From an uncultured Kiritimatiellota bacterium (GTDB lineage Bacteria > Verrucomicrobiota > Kiritimatiellia > RFP12 > DVOR01): a stretch of 64,000 nucleotides of DNA. How positions within the stretch are numbered: position 1 is the stretch's first letter; every line of letters begins with the position of its first letter. The stretch lies in NCBI GenBank assembly GCA_944391065.1, contig CALXSH010000003.1, positions 7,871 to 71,870 of the forward strand. The letters run 5' to 3'. The notes beneath the pieces are model-generated. The model was not told the DNA's origin, did not search any database, and saw only the letters and a program-made list of their open reading frames with translations. Shown here piece by piece: positions 9,705 to 17,412 of this stretch. A program made the translations under genes and the position numbers.

Positions 9705-11176
9705 AGCATCAGCAGCCCGCTGTCAATCACATCGGCGATTTCCGCGAGCGTCGTCTCGCCCGCCAGGACGCGCCGGAGTCCGTCGCCGCGCAGGGTCCAT
9801 TCGGCGGGCCGGCTTCGGAGGAGGGCGTCGAGGCGGTCGCTTCCGCGGGTGTCCATCAGGGCCGCGCGCACCGCGTCGTCCACCGCGAGCATTTCGTAGA
9901 CGGCGGTCCGTCCGGCATATCCGGTCATGCCGCAGTAGGCGCAGCCTTTTGCGCGCGGCACCTGCGGCGGGGCCTTGGGGTCCCATCCGCAGGCGCGGCA
10001 CTCCTCGGGGGTGGCGGGCTCCCAGGCCATGCAGGCCGGGCAGGGACGGCGGACGAGGCGCTGGGCCATGGCCAGCCGGAGGGTGGCGGCCACGAGATAG
10101 GGCGGCACGCCCAGGTCGGTGAGGCGGGTGAGGATGGCCGGGGCGCTGTTGGTATGCAGGGTGGTCAGCACCAGATGCCCGGTAAGGGCCGAACGCAGGG
10201 CCGTGGTGGCCGTCTCGCCGTCGCGCACCTCGCCGACCATCACCACGTCGGGGTCATGGCGGAGCACGCTGCGCAGGGCCTTGGCGAAGCTGACGCGCTC
10301 CTGCCGGCTGTCCACGCGGATCTGCGTGACGCCGTCGACGGGTTTCTCCACGGGGTCTTCGATGCTGACCAGGTGCCGTGTGTCGGGGGCGGCCAGGGCG
10401 CGCAGCGCGGCATAGAGCGTGGTCGTCTTGCCGCTGCCGGTGGGGCCGGAGATGATGATGACGCCGTTGGGCGCGCGGAGGGCGCGGCGGAAGGTGCGGT
10501 CCTGCTCCGGGTTCATGCCCAGATCCTCCAGACGCTCCAGCTGCGGCGCGGAGCCGGAACGGCTCAGGATGCGCAGCGTGACGTGTTCGCCGTGAATGGT
10601 CGGGACGGTGGCGACGCGGAGCGCCACGCTGCTGCCGTCAAGCACGGTGTCGATGTTGCCGTCCTGCGGGGCGCGCTTCTCGGCAATGTCGAGCTTGGCC
10701 AGGACCTTGATGTAGGAGACAAACTCCGCGGCGGCCTCGGGCGGCTCGCGCCGGTCGGTCTCCAGGCGGCCGTCGATGCGCAGGCGGATGCGCGATCCCC
10801 CGGCGTCGGGGGAGACATGGATGTCCGAGGCGTTCCGCGCGAGGGCCCGCCGCAGCATATAGGCGAAGAGCTCCTCGGGGCGGTCCAGGGTGCCGTTGAG
10901 CGCGGCATCGGGATAGTGGGTCCGCAGGGCCGCCGGAAGGGCGGCGGGATCCTCCGGCTCCACCAGGCGCACGGCGCGCTCCCGGAGCAACCGCTCCAGA
11001 CGGTCCCGGACGGCGGGATCGGTACGGTCCGCGACGCAGACCGTCAGGGTGCCGTCGTCTCCGACGGAGAGCGGGAGCGCCCCCAGAGAGCGCGCGCTCC
11101 GCGCGGGCAGAAGGTCCAGCACCGCCTGCGGCGGGCGGATGCGGTTCAGATCGACGGTCGGAAGTGCGTCACTCAT
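9701..11176 (-). CDS. GspE/PilB family type II/IV secretion assembly ATPase
   Basis: 491 aa. N-terminal GspE_N-like region, Walker A GPTGSGKTTTLYAAL, Asp box, His box TTLHTNSAPAILTRL, C-terminal tetracysteine CPAC...CAYCGMTG zinc motif typical of GspE/PilB. Confidence 0.9.
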   Translation of the reverse strand: MSDALPTVDLNRIRPPQAVLDLLPARSARSLGALPLSVGDDGTLTVCVADRTDPAVRDRLERLLRERAVRLVEPEDPAALPAALRTHYPDAALNGTLDRPEELFAYMLRRALARNASDIHVSPDAGGSRIRLRIDGRLETDRREPPEAAAEFVSYIKVLAKLDIAEKRAPQDGNIDTVLDGSSVALRVATVPTIHGEHVTLRILSRSGSAPQLERLEDLGMNPEQDRTFRRALRAPNGVIIISGPTGSGKTTTLYAALRALAAPDTRHLVSIEDPVEKPVDGVTQIRVDSRQERVSFAKALRSVLRHDPDVVMVGEVRDGETATTALRSALTGHLVLTTLHTNSAPAILTRLTDLGVPPYLVAATLRLAMAQRLVRRPCPACMAWEPATPEECRACGWDPKAPPQVPRAKGCAYCGMTGYAGRTAVYEMLAVDDAVRAALMDTRGSDRLDALLRSRPAEWTLRGDGLRRVLAGETTLAEIADVIDSGLLML

Positions 11177-11997
11177 CGCGTGTTCACCTGCAGGGTAAAG
11201 GTCATGCGCAGGGCGCTCTCACGGACGTCCGGGTCGCGCGAGACGGAAAATCCGCAGAGGTGGTAGGCCGGTTTGCGGCAGGACTCCTCCACCAGGAAGC
11301 GGAACATGTCGCGGAAGTCTCCCTCCACCGTGAAGACGATCGATTCGGTCGCGAAAGGCGGCTTTGCCGGGGCCGCCGCACGGGGTGCGGGCGCGGCTTT
11401 GGCGGCGGCCTGGCGCTGCCGGGCGTATTCCGCCTCGGCCGCCTTCATCTGCGCGATTTTCTTCTGGGCATCGCGGAGAAACTCGGCCTGCATCGATTTG
11501 TCGAGGCCGGCCGCGACCTGCCGGATGCGGCGCTCGTACTCCGCCGCGGAGGGGGGCGCGGCGTCTGCCTTCGGTCCGGCGGAGCCGGACCTGCCGGAGC
11601 GGGCGGCGGCCGGCTGCGCGGCGGCGACGGAGACGGTGCTGGCGACGATGCGCAGGCGGTGCCGGGTCAGGGTGCGGTCCAGCGCGTGCTTGGTCTCCAG
11701 AACGGCCTCCGGTCCCGTCGGGATCGGGGCGAAGCCGGCCTCTGCGACCTCCTTCCGCAGATCCTCCAGGCGCGTCTTCAGGGCGGCCGTCCGGCGGTCG
11801 AGAGAGGCGGGAAGGTCGGGGCTGAGCATCCGGAGTTCCTCCAGATGGGCAGCCTGCCGGGCGCGCTCAGGGGCGTATTCGCGCTCCTGCCTGCGGAGTT
11901 CGCCCCGCCACAGAAAGGCCGATACCGTGCCGCAGACGGCCAGGGAGGCCGCGAGCCAGTGCCAGCTGTTAGTTTTTGCAAGAAATCCGAGATTCAT
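11173..11997 (-). CDS. GspM/PilO-like bitopic membrane protein (single N-terminal TM, coiled-coil, Ala/Pro-rich linker, C-terminal domain)
   Basis: Start MNLGFLAKTN at 11997 (ATG overlaps the upstream stop, atga at 11994-11997). TM WLAASLAVCGTVSAFLW. Position between the GspL-like gene and the ATPase gene. This is the C-terminal part of a longer 703-aa ORF in a frame that is otherwise an antisense shadow. Confidence 0.5.
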   Translation of the reverse strand: MNLGFLAKTNSWHWLAASLAVCGTVSAFLWRGELRRQEREYAPERARQAAHLEELRMLSPDLPASLDRRTAALKTRLEDLRKEVAEAGFAPIPTGPEAVLETKHALDRTLTRHRLRIVASTVSVAAAQPAAARSGRSGSAGPKADAAPPSAAEYERRIRQVAAGLDKSMQAEFLRDAQKKIAQMKAAEAEYARQRQAAAKAAPAPRAAAPAKPPFATESIVFTVEGDFRDMFRFLVEESCRKPAYHLCGFSVSRDPDVRESALRMTFTLQVNTR

Positions 11998-13340
11998 GGC
12001 TGCTCTCCCAGACGAGTGTAATCCAGCGTGTAGACAAAGCGCAGCTGGGGCATGCCTTCGGCGTCGGCGGCCTTTGTGACGGAGGTCTCGGCCACGCGCA
12101 GCCCCTCCTTGGCCGCGAAGTCCAGCAGGGCGGCCTCCAGTCGGACGCCCTCTTCGGAATCGGCAAAGGTGCCCTTGGCCGTCACCCGGCCGCCCGTATC
12201 CTCCAGCGACTCCAGCAGCATCGTGGGGCCGGCGTGGCGGCAGAAGAAATAGGCGGCGTGGACATAGGCCGCCAGCGGCCGGCGCCGGTCCGCCAGAAAG
12301 CGCTGCAGCGACTCCTCTTCGGCGAGGGCTTTCCGGGCGGCCTCCTCCCGGGCGCGTGCGCTCCGGACGGCCTTCTCCAGCGGCAGATACTGCGCCGCGT
12401 CGGCCCGGTAACGCCCGGTGTCGGCGCGCATGCGGGCATCCGCCGCCCATCCGCAGAGGAAGGGGGCCGCCAGCAGGATGACGCACGGCACCGCGATCCA
12501 GGCGTGCGAAAAGCGCTTGCGCGGCTCGTAGGGATTTTCGAGCGGCACGCGGCTTCCGGCACGGTTGGGGCGGGCCTCCGCCGTCAGACGGACGGCCTCG
12601 GCCAGGAGCGGTTCGCAGGGCGTGGTCAGGACGGATTCGTAGCCGGCGCGCAGCGTCAGCCCCTCGGCCAATACCAGCGCCCCGGCATCGTTGCCCAGGG
12701 CAATCATGCGCACGGGCGAGGCCGGCGCGATGCCCCGGACCGCGCGGGTGAAGCGCGCGAGCCATCCGGCGGCGTCGGCCGCGGCATGGCGGAGACCGCC
12801 CGAGAGCACCACGGGGAGCTCCGGCTCCGGAGGGACGGCCAGCGTCTGGCTCTGGCTGAGCAGAATCAGCGCCTTCCCGCCCGGGCGGCCGAGGCTCCAG
12901 GCGGCCAGGCAGGCCAGCTCCAGCGAGGCGACGCCGCCGAAGCGGAGCCCGGCCGCGGCGGTGCGCTCCGCCAGTGCCAGCACGGTCTCCCCGGCAAAGA
13001 CGCTTACCAGCGTGGCACTCCCGCGGCCGCCGCCGAGCGAAATGCCCATGCAGAGCAGCGAGGCCGGATCGGCGCCCGACAGGTCGGCGGCCTCCTGGGC
13101 CATCAGCGCCTGACGTTCGCTCCTGCGCAGGCCGGCGGGAAGCGCCGCATCCATGCGGCGCAGATCGCCCGAAATCAGATAACGGACGGAACGGCGCGAG
13201 ACGGCCAGATTGGCCAGCCAATCCGGCGGCGGTGTGTCGGGCGTTCCCGGCCGGGGCTCTTCGGGTGCGTCGGGGCGGATCCATCGGGTGCCGTCATAGA
13301 GCAGGACGGCGGGCTTCAATATGCGTTTCGGTCTGGCCAT
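11994..13340 (-). CDS. GspL-like / PilM-PilN fusion-like protein (cytoplasmic actin-like domain, one TM, periplasmic coiled-coil domain)
   Basis: 448 aa. N-terminal region with a PilM/GspL-like beta-strand-rich fold (LLYDGTRWIRP...ATLVSVFAGETVLALAE). TM AWIAVPCVILLAAPFLCGWAA at about residue 280. C-terminal coiled-coil/periplasmic region. Directly downstream of the pilin genes. Confidence 0.55.
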   Translation of the reverse strand: MARPKRILKPAVLLYDGTRWIRPDAPEEPRPGTPDTPPPDWLANLAVSRRSVRYLISGDLRRMDAALPAGLRRSERQALMAQEAADLSGADPASLLCMGISLGGGRGSATLVSVFAGETVLALAERTAAAGLRFGGVASLELACLAAWSLGRPGGKALILLSQSQTLAVPPEPELPVVLSGGLRHAAADAAGWLARFTRAVRGIAPASPVRMIALGNDAGALVLAEGLTLRAGYESVLTTPCEPLLAEAVRLTAEARPNRAGSRVPLENPYEPRKRFSHAWIAVPCVILLAAPFLCGWAADARMRADTGRYRADAAQYLPLEKAVRSARAREEAARKALAEEESLQRFLADRRRPLAAYVHAAYFFCRHAGPTMLLESLEDTGGRVTAKGTFADSEEGVRLEAALLDFAAKEGLRVAETSVTKAADAEGMPQLRFVYTLDYTRLGEQP

Positions 13341-13344
13341 GGCT

Positions 13345-14370
13345 TCAGGGAGTCGGATAGGCGGTGTGGGGATGCAGGGTGAGAGAAAGGACGTTGACGC
13401 CCGGGCGCAGCAGCAGATACTGCGGCGGCGCGGCCAACGCCCCGCCGGCCGCCGTGGAGGCGCAGACGTAGACGGCGCGCAGGCCGTGGGTGAGCCCCTC
13501 GGCTGCCGTCAGCGAGTCGGCGTTGGCCGCCGCGTAATACCGGCAGGCCAGCGCGACAGTCGGGTCGCCGGTCTCGGGGACGGTAAATTCCGGCTGCCAG
13601 ACGAACACATGAAGCTTGGTGACGGCCGCGCCGTCGGAGGTTTTGGCCCGGACGGCCAGCGAGACACCGGGCGCCCCGACGGGAAAGGTCAGGTCGCGGT
13701 CCTGCCAGGCCACGGCGGCGCCGGCGGCATCCTCCGTGCGGTCACGGCCGCGGCTCACAAGCGCCGTCAGCAATCCGGAGGCCGCGTCGGTCTCCGCCTC
13801 CCAGCGGCCGCCGAAGCCGTCGCGCAGGATCGGCACCGCGACGTTGGGATTGTCCGAAGCCGCCTCCGTGTCCAAGGCGCTGCCTTCGCAGTAAGGTCCC
13901 CGCCAGCCGGCCCCCAGGGAAACCTTGGGGAAGCGGTCGGCGAAGTCCTCGAAGGACGTCAGTTCGGCGGCGTCATAAGCCGGCACCGTGGCGGAGGAGG
14001 CAAGGTCCGGCGGAAGATCCGAGGTGCGCACGGCATACGCCGGCAGCGCGGCCACCGCCGCGGACGCAACGGGTCGGGGATTGCCCAGCGCGTCCTCCTC
14101 GGGCGACTTCCTGAGGAAGGCATTGCCGAAAAGCAGGCAGAGCTCCTCTGCGGAGGCCGGTGCACGGCCGAGGTCGGAGACAAAGCTCAGCCCATCGGCG
14201 CGCCGCAGGGCCTCGGCCATGGCTTCGGCGTCGCGGGCGGTGCGTTCGGCGCGGGCGCGTTCGCGGAGGGCCGAGGCTTGCGTGCCGACGGCCACGGCCA
14301 GGCCGGCCAGAATGGCCAGAACCACCAAGAGCTCCACCAGGGTCATGCCCCGACGCGACGCTTCACGCAT
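13345..14370 (-). CDS. Prepilin-type N-terminal cleavage/methylation domain protein (large pilin/pseudopilin, about 341 aa)
   Basis: Start MREASRRG at 14370 with GGAGG RBS. Class III signal motif RRG|MTLVELLVVLAILAGLAVA (Gly-1, Glu+5). Confidence 0.7.
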   Translation of the reverse strand: MREASRRGMTLVELLVVLAILAGLAVAVGTQASALRERARAERTARDAEAMAEALRRADGLSFVSDLGRAPASAEELCLLFGNAFLRKSPEEDALGNPRPVASAAVAALPAYAVRTSDLPPDLASSATVPAYDAAELTSFEDFADRFPKVSLGAGWRGPYCEGSALDTEAASDNPNVAVPILRDGFGGRWEAETDAASGLLTALVSRGRDRTEDAAGAAVAWQDRDLTFPVGAPGVSLAVRAKTSDGAAVTKLHVFVWQPEFTVPETGDPTVALACRYYAAANADSLTAAEGLTHGLRAVYVCASTAAGGALAAPPQYLLLRPGVNVLSLTLHPHTAYPTP

Positions 14371-14371
14371 C

Positions 14372-15235
14372 TTATTGCCTCCAGAGATCAAGATTGAGCA
14401 GCTCCACGACATAGAGCCCGGTTGACGGATCGTAGGTCCGCTCCAGGGCCCCCGTGGTCAGGTTCAGCGGATACCCGTACCGCGCGTCGCCGGAATTCCG
14501 CTCGCCCATGCGGCGGTTGCCGGTCAGCAGGCCCAGTCCGGTGCGCTCGTCGCCGCTGCCCTCGACCGTGAATGTCTGCCACTTCGCGGGCTCCTCGGCG
14601 CAGACCAGAAAGAGACGGCGGTAGACCGGCTCGGCGAGGTCGTCCGCATCGTTGCAGTGTTCGTAGTAGACCACGCGGTAAAGGCCTTCGTGGCGCGTAG
14701 CCGGCTGCGGCAGCACGACGCCGGACGACTCGCCGTAAAAATCGCCCGTCTGCGCCGCGACCGTGCCGGCCGAAAGGTAGGGCCCCTGCCATCCTTCGCC
14801 CGTCACCGGGTCGAAGCCCCCGAAGACGACGAAGTCGGCGTCCTCCAGGCGCGTGTCGTCCTCCGAGACGGAGGGTTGCAGGAGGGGCCAGAGACCGTAG
14901 CGCTCGTAGAACTCGACCATGCCGTAAGTGCGGTCGCCCGTGGTGGGCGTGTCGCCACTTCTGAAGGTGCCCAAGAAGTCGCCCGAGGGGAAAATCTCGG
15001 AATCTTTGGGCGCGTGGAGGCCGGCGAGCAGACGGGGCTGGCAGTCGGCGTAAAACCGCGCAAAGGCATCGCGGATGCCGCCCATCTCCCGGACGGTCAC
15101 CTGCCGCCGGGCCCGCGTCACCAGATCATGCCCGTAGGTGACGGCCACGCCCGCGCCGACCACCGCGACGATGGCGACGACGACGAGCAGTTCAATCAGG
15201 GTAAATCCGGCGCGTCCGGAGGAGGGGAAGATCAT
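14372..15235 (-). CDS. Prepilin-type N-terminal cleavage/methylation domain protein (about 287 aa; alternative start at 15265)
   Basis: Class III signal SSGRAG|FTLIELLVVVAIVAVVGAGVAVTY. Stop TAA at 14372-14374 abuts the next pilin start. The longer start MNPYQTRASAM at 15265 would abut the terminator of the preceding gene. Confidence 0.7.
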   Translation of the reverse strand: MIFPSSGRAGFTLIELLVVVAIVAVVGAGVAVTYGHDLVTRARRQVTVREMGGIRDAFARFYADCQPRLLAGLHAPKDSEIFPSGDFLGTFRSGDTPTTGDRTYGMVEFYERYGLWPLLQPSVSEDDTRLEDADFVVFGGFDPVTGEGWQGPYLSAGTVAAQTGDFYGESSGVVLPQPATRHEGLYRVVYYEHCNDADDLAEPVYRRLFLVCAEEPAKWQTFTVEGSGDERTGLGLLTGNRRMGERNSGDARYGYPLNLTTGALERTYDPSTGLYVVELLNLDLWRQ

Positions 15236-15271
15236 GGCTGAGGCCCTTGTCTGATACGGATTCAAAAAAGG

Positions 15272-15312
15272 CCCCGGCGGGAATTGGAGCGGCCCCGCCG
15301 GGGCCGGGACTC
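15272..15312 (-). terminator. Rho-independent terminator after the first (largest) pilin gene
   Basis: On the minus strand: GGCCCCGGCGGG-loop-CCCGCCGGGGCC followed by TTTTTT. Lies between the pilin gene ending at 15320 and the next pilin gene. Confidence 0.6.
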
Positions 15313-15319
15313 ATCTTAT

Positions 15320-16522
15320 TCAGTCCTTCAGTTTGGATTCGTCACTGATGTAGTTGTCGCGGAGCGCGGCGGCAGAGTAGCCCTGCGGGGAGAGGACGCA
15401 GGCCACGGAGGCGCCGTCGCCGGTGTTGGTCATGCTGTTGGTCGCCTGCATCGGGACCTTGATGACCGCCAGGTAGCGGCTGTAGACCGAGGCTTCCTGA
15501 TCCTGACGCTTGCCGTAGGCCGGATTGTCGAGGCGCACGGCACGGCCGTCATTGATCGAGGCAAAGCGCCCCAGCCCCATCACCACCAGGTAGTATTCCT
15601 TGCCGGCGGCAAGCTCTCTGTCGTAATCCTTTGTCGGGTCAGCCACCTGCTCGGGGGTGAGGCCGCAGTTGGAGATGATCTCGGCGGTCAGGTTCATCGG
15701 CATCGTGACGGATCCCATCGGCCCCATGGACATGCTGGCACCGCCGCCGGGATAGATGAAGCAGAGTCTGGCGAGAATATCGGCTTCGCTAATGGCCTCT
15801 GCCGATTCAATGGCTGCGTTGAGCTGGTCAAGCGAGGTGAATGTTGCGTTCAGGCCACTGCCGGTATCGTTTACAGTCTGGGTTCCAGCCGTTGCGGCGC
15901 TTCCGCCTTCCTTCCAGTCCTCACGCAATTTGTCGGCGTTTTCTATCAGGTAATTGGCCTGATCTTTGGTGTAAGGCGTGGCGTCGGAGTCGAGCGTGCA
16001 GAGTGTTTTGGAGGTGTCGACGCCGGCACCCATCATGTTGGTGGCGAAGGTCGAGTCGTTGGCGCTTGAGACGGGTTCCTCTTCCGTTCCGACGCGGTGT
16101 TTGTAAACGCGGGTGAGGCCGGACGAGGCCAGAACGTCAATAACCTGTTTGGGGGCAGCCTGTGCCATGGCGGTGTATCCCATGGGGCCGCTCAGACCCA
16201 TGCCGGAGCGAGACATCGGCGTCACGTTGCCCAGCGTGGTGCCGTCAACCTCGTCGGGCATCTGGTGGTACATGTCGCCATTTTCGTCGATCAGGGAGTC
16301 GAGGCCGTCGGGGAGTTTGCCGTCATTGATGAAACTCCAGTTGGCAATGGCTTTCTGGATGGTGCCGATGTCCGACATTTCCATGGCGGTCTTGGCCTTG
16401 TCGTCCATGTTGCGGTAGGTGACGGCGACGCCGGCGCCGATGACGGCGATGATGGCGACGACGACGAGGAGTTCGATGAGGGTGAAGCCCGCTTTGCGGG
16501 GGTTCTTTTTGCCAATATGCAT
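15320..16522 (-). CDS. Prepilin-type N-terminal cleavage/methylation domain protein, candidate major subunit (about 400 aa)
   Basis: Start MHIGKKNPRKAG|FTLIELLVVVAIIAVIGAGVAVTY at 16522. First gene of the cluster and followed by its own terminator, the classic major-pilin arrangement. Ser/Thr/Gly/Asp-rich C-terminal domain. Confidence 0.7.
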   Translation of the reverse strand: MHIGKKNPRKAGFTLIELLVVVAIIAVIGAGVAVTYRNMDDKAKTAMEMSDIGTIQKAIANWSFINDGKLPDGLDSLIDENGDMYHQMPDEVDGTTLGNVTPMSRSGMGLSGPMGYTAMAQAAPKQVIDVLASSGLTRVYKHRVGTEEEPVSSANDSTFATNMMGAGVDTSKTLCTLDSDATPYTKDQANYLIENADKLREDWKEGGSAATAGTQTVNDTGSGLNATFTSLDQLNAAIESAEAISEADILARLCFIYPGGGASMSMGPMGSVTMPMNLTAEIISNCGLTPEQVADPTKDYDRELAAGKEYYLVVMGLGRFASINDGRAVRLDNPAYGKRQDQEASVYSRYLAVIKVPMQATNSMTNTGDGASVACVLSPQGYSAAALRDNYISDESKLKD

Positions 16523-16596
16523 GATAACAGTCCTTGTTGGTTGGGTCAGTGTGCGCCTCACGCGCATCGGTGGGTGTCCGGGATTTCCGGGGGGAT

Positions 16597-16890
16597 TCAG
16601 GTTCGGTCCCTTTCCCTCAAAGGGCACCGTGATTCGTGGCAGGAACCGGCCGCGTCGGCGGCCGTGTTCCGAAAATCGACGACGAAGCGCCATTCGCGTC
16701 CGCAGCGGACGATGAATTCCTTCTGACGCCGGGTCAGGATGCGCATGTCGAGTTCGAGCCGGCCCCATCCGTCGTGCGTCAGGAGTTCGTCGAGGAGCGC
16801 CGAGAGGCGGTGCCGGAGGCGGCGCACGGCCGGGTCGCGGAGGATGTCGCCGCCGTCGGCAGGGGAAGGATCGGGCAGGCCTTCGGACAT
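16597..16890 (-). CDS. Small hypothetical protein (97 aa)
   Basis: High-GC3 ORF filling the gap between the flavodoxin gene (ends 16900) and the pilin gene. No recognisable motif. Confidence 0.35.
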   Translation of the reverse strand: MSEGLPDPSPADGGDILRDPAVRRLRHRLSALLDELLTHDGWGRLELDMRILTRRQKEFIVRCGREWRFVVDFRNTAADAAGSCHESRCPLRERDRT

Positions 16891-16899
16891 GGCGTATCC

Positions 16900-17412
16900 T
16901 CAGCGGGAGGCTTTGGCGAAGGCTTCCCGGGCGGCGGCCGCGGCGGCTTTCAGGTCGGCTTCGTCGGGGTGGAGGGCGGCTTTGGCCCAGCGGGCTTCGG
17001 CCTCCGGGGTGGGGGAGTGGGGGCCGCCGGCGGGCTGCTTGCGCATCCACGCGATGAGCTTGGGGTCGATGGCGCCCTGGCACCAGACGATGCCGAGCTG
17101 CTCGGTCCCTTCGCCGTAGACGGCCGCGGCGCGTTCGGCGCAGGTGCGGGCGTGCTCGGAGTCGGGGTCCGCACCGAGGGTGAAGAAGGTGAAGACCTTC
17201 TTGCCGACGATGCGCTTCATGTAGTCGGCGGCTTCGGCGTCGGGACCGCCTTTGTCGACCCAGAAGCCGAGGGCGACAAAGTCGTAGCCGGCGGGGTCCG
17301 GGGCCGTCCGGACCGAATGGCAGGCGGTGCCTTCGGGCAGAACGGCGTGGATGGCTTCGGCAACTTTGCGGGTGTTGCCGGTGAGGGTGGAGTAAACAAC
17401 GAGCGCTTTCAT
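16900..17412 (-). CDS. Flavodoxin (short-chain, FMN-binding)
   Basis: N-terminal flavodoxin signature MKALVVYSTLTGNTRKVAE. About 170 aa. Start overlaps the ECF ATPase stop (4 nt). Confidence 0.8.
   Translation of the reverse strand: MKALVVYSTLTGNTRKVAEAIHAVLPEGTACHSVRTAPDPAGYDFVALGFWVDKGGPDAEAADYMKRIVGKKVFTFFTLGADPDSEHARTCAERAAAVYGEGTEQLGIVWCQGAIDPKLIAWMRKQPAGGPHSPTPEAEARWAKAALHPDEADLKAAAAAAREAFAKASR

Noticed and set aside
11173-13284. 703-aa ORF read as a single protein
   Set aside because: Only its C-terminal 274 codons (from MNLGFLAKTN at 11997) look like a real GspM/PilO-like protein. The upstream part is an out-of-frame shadow of the GspL-like gene (11994-13340), which is in a different frame.
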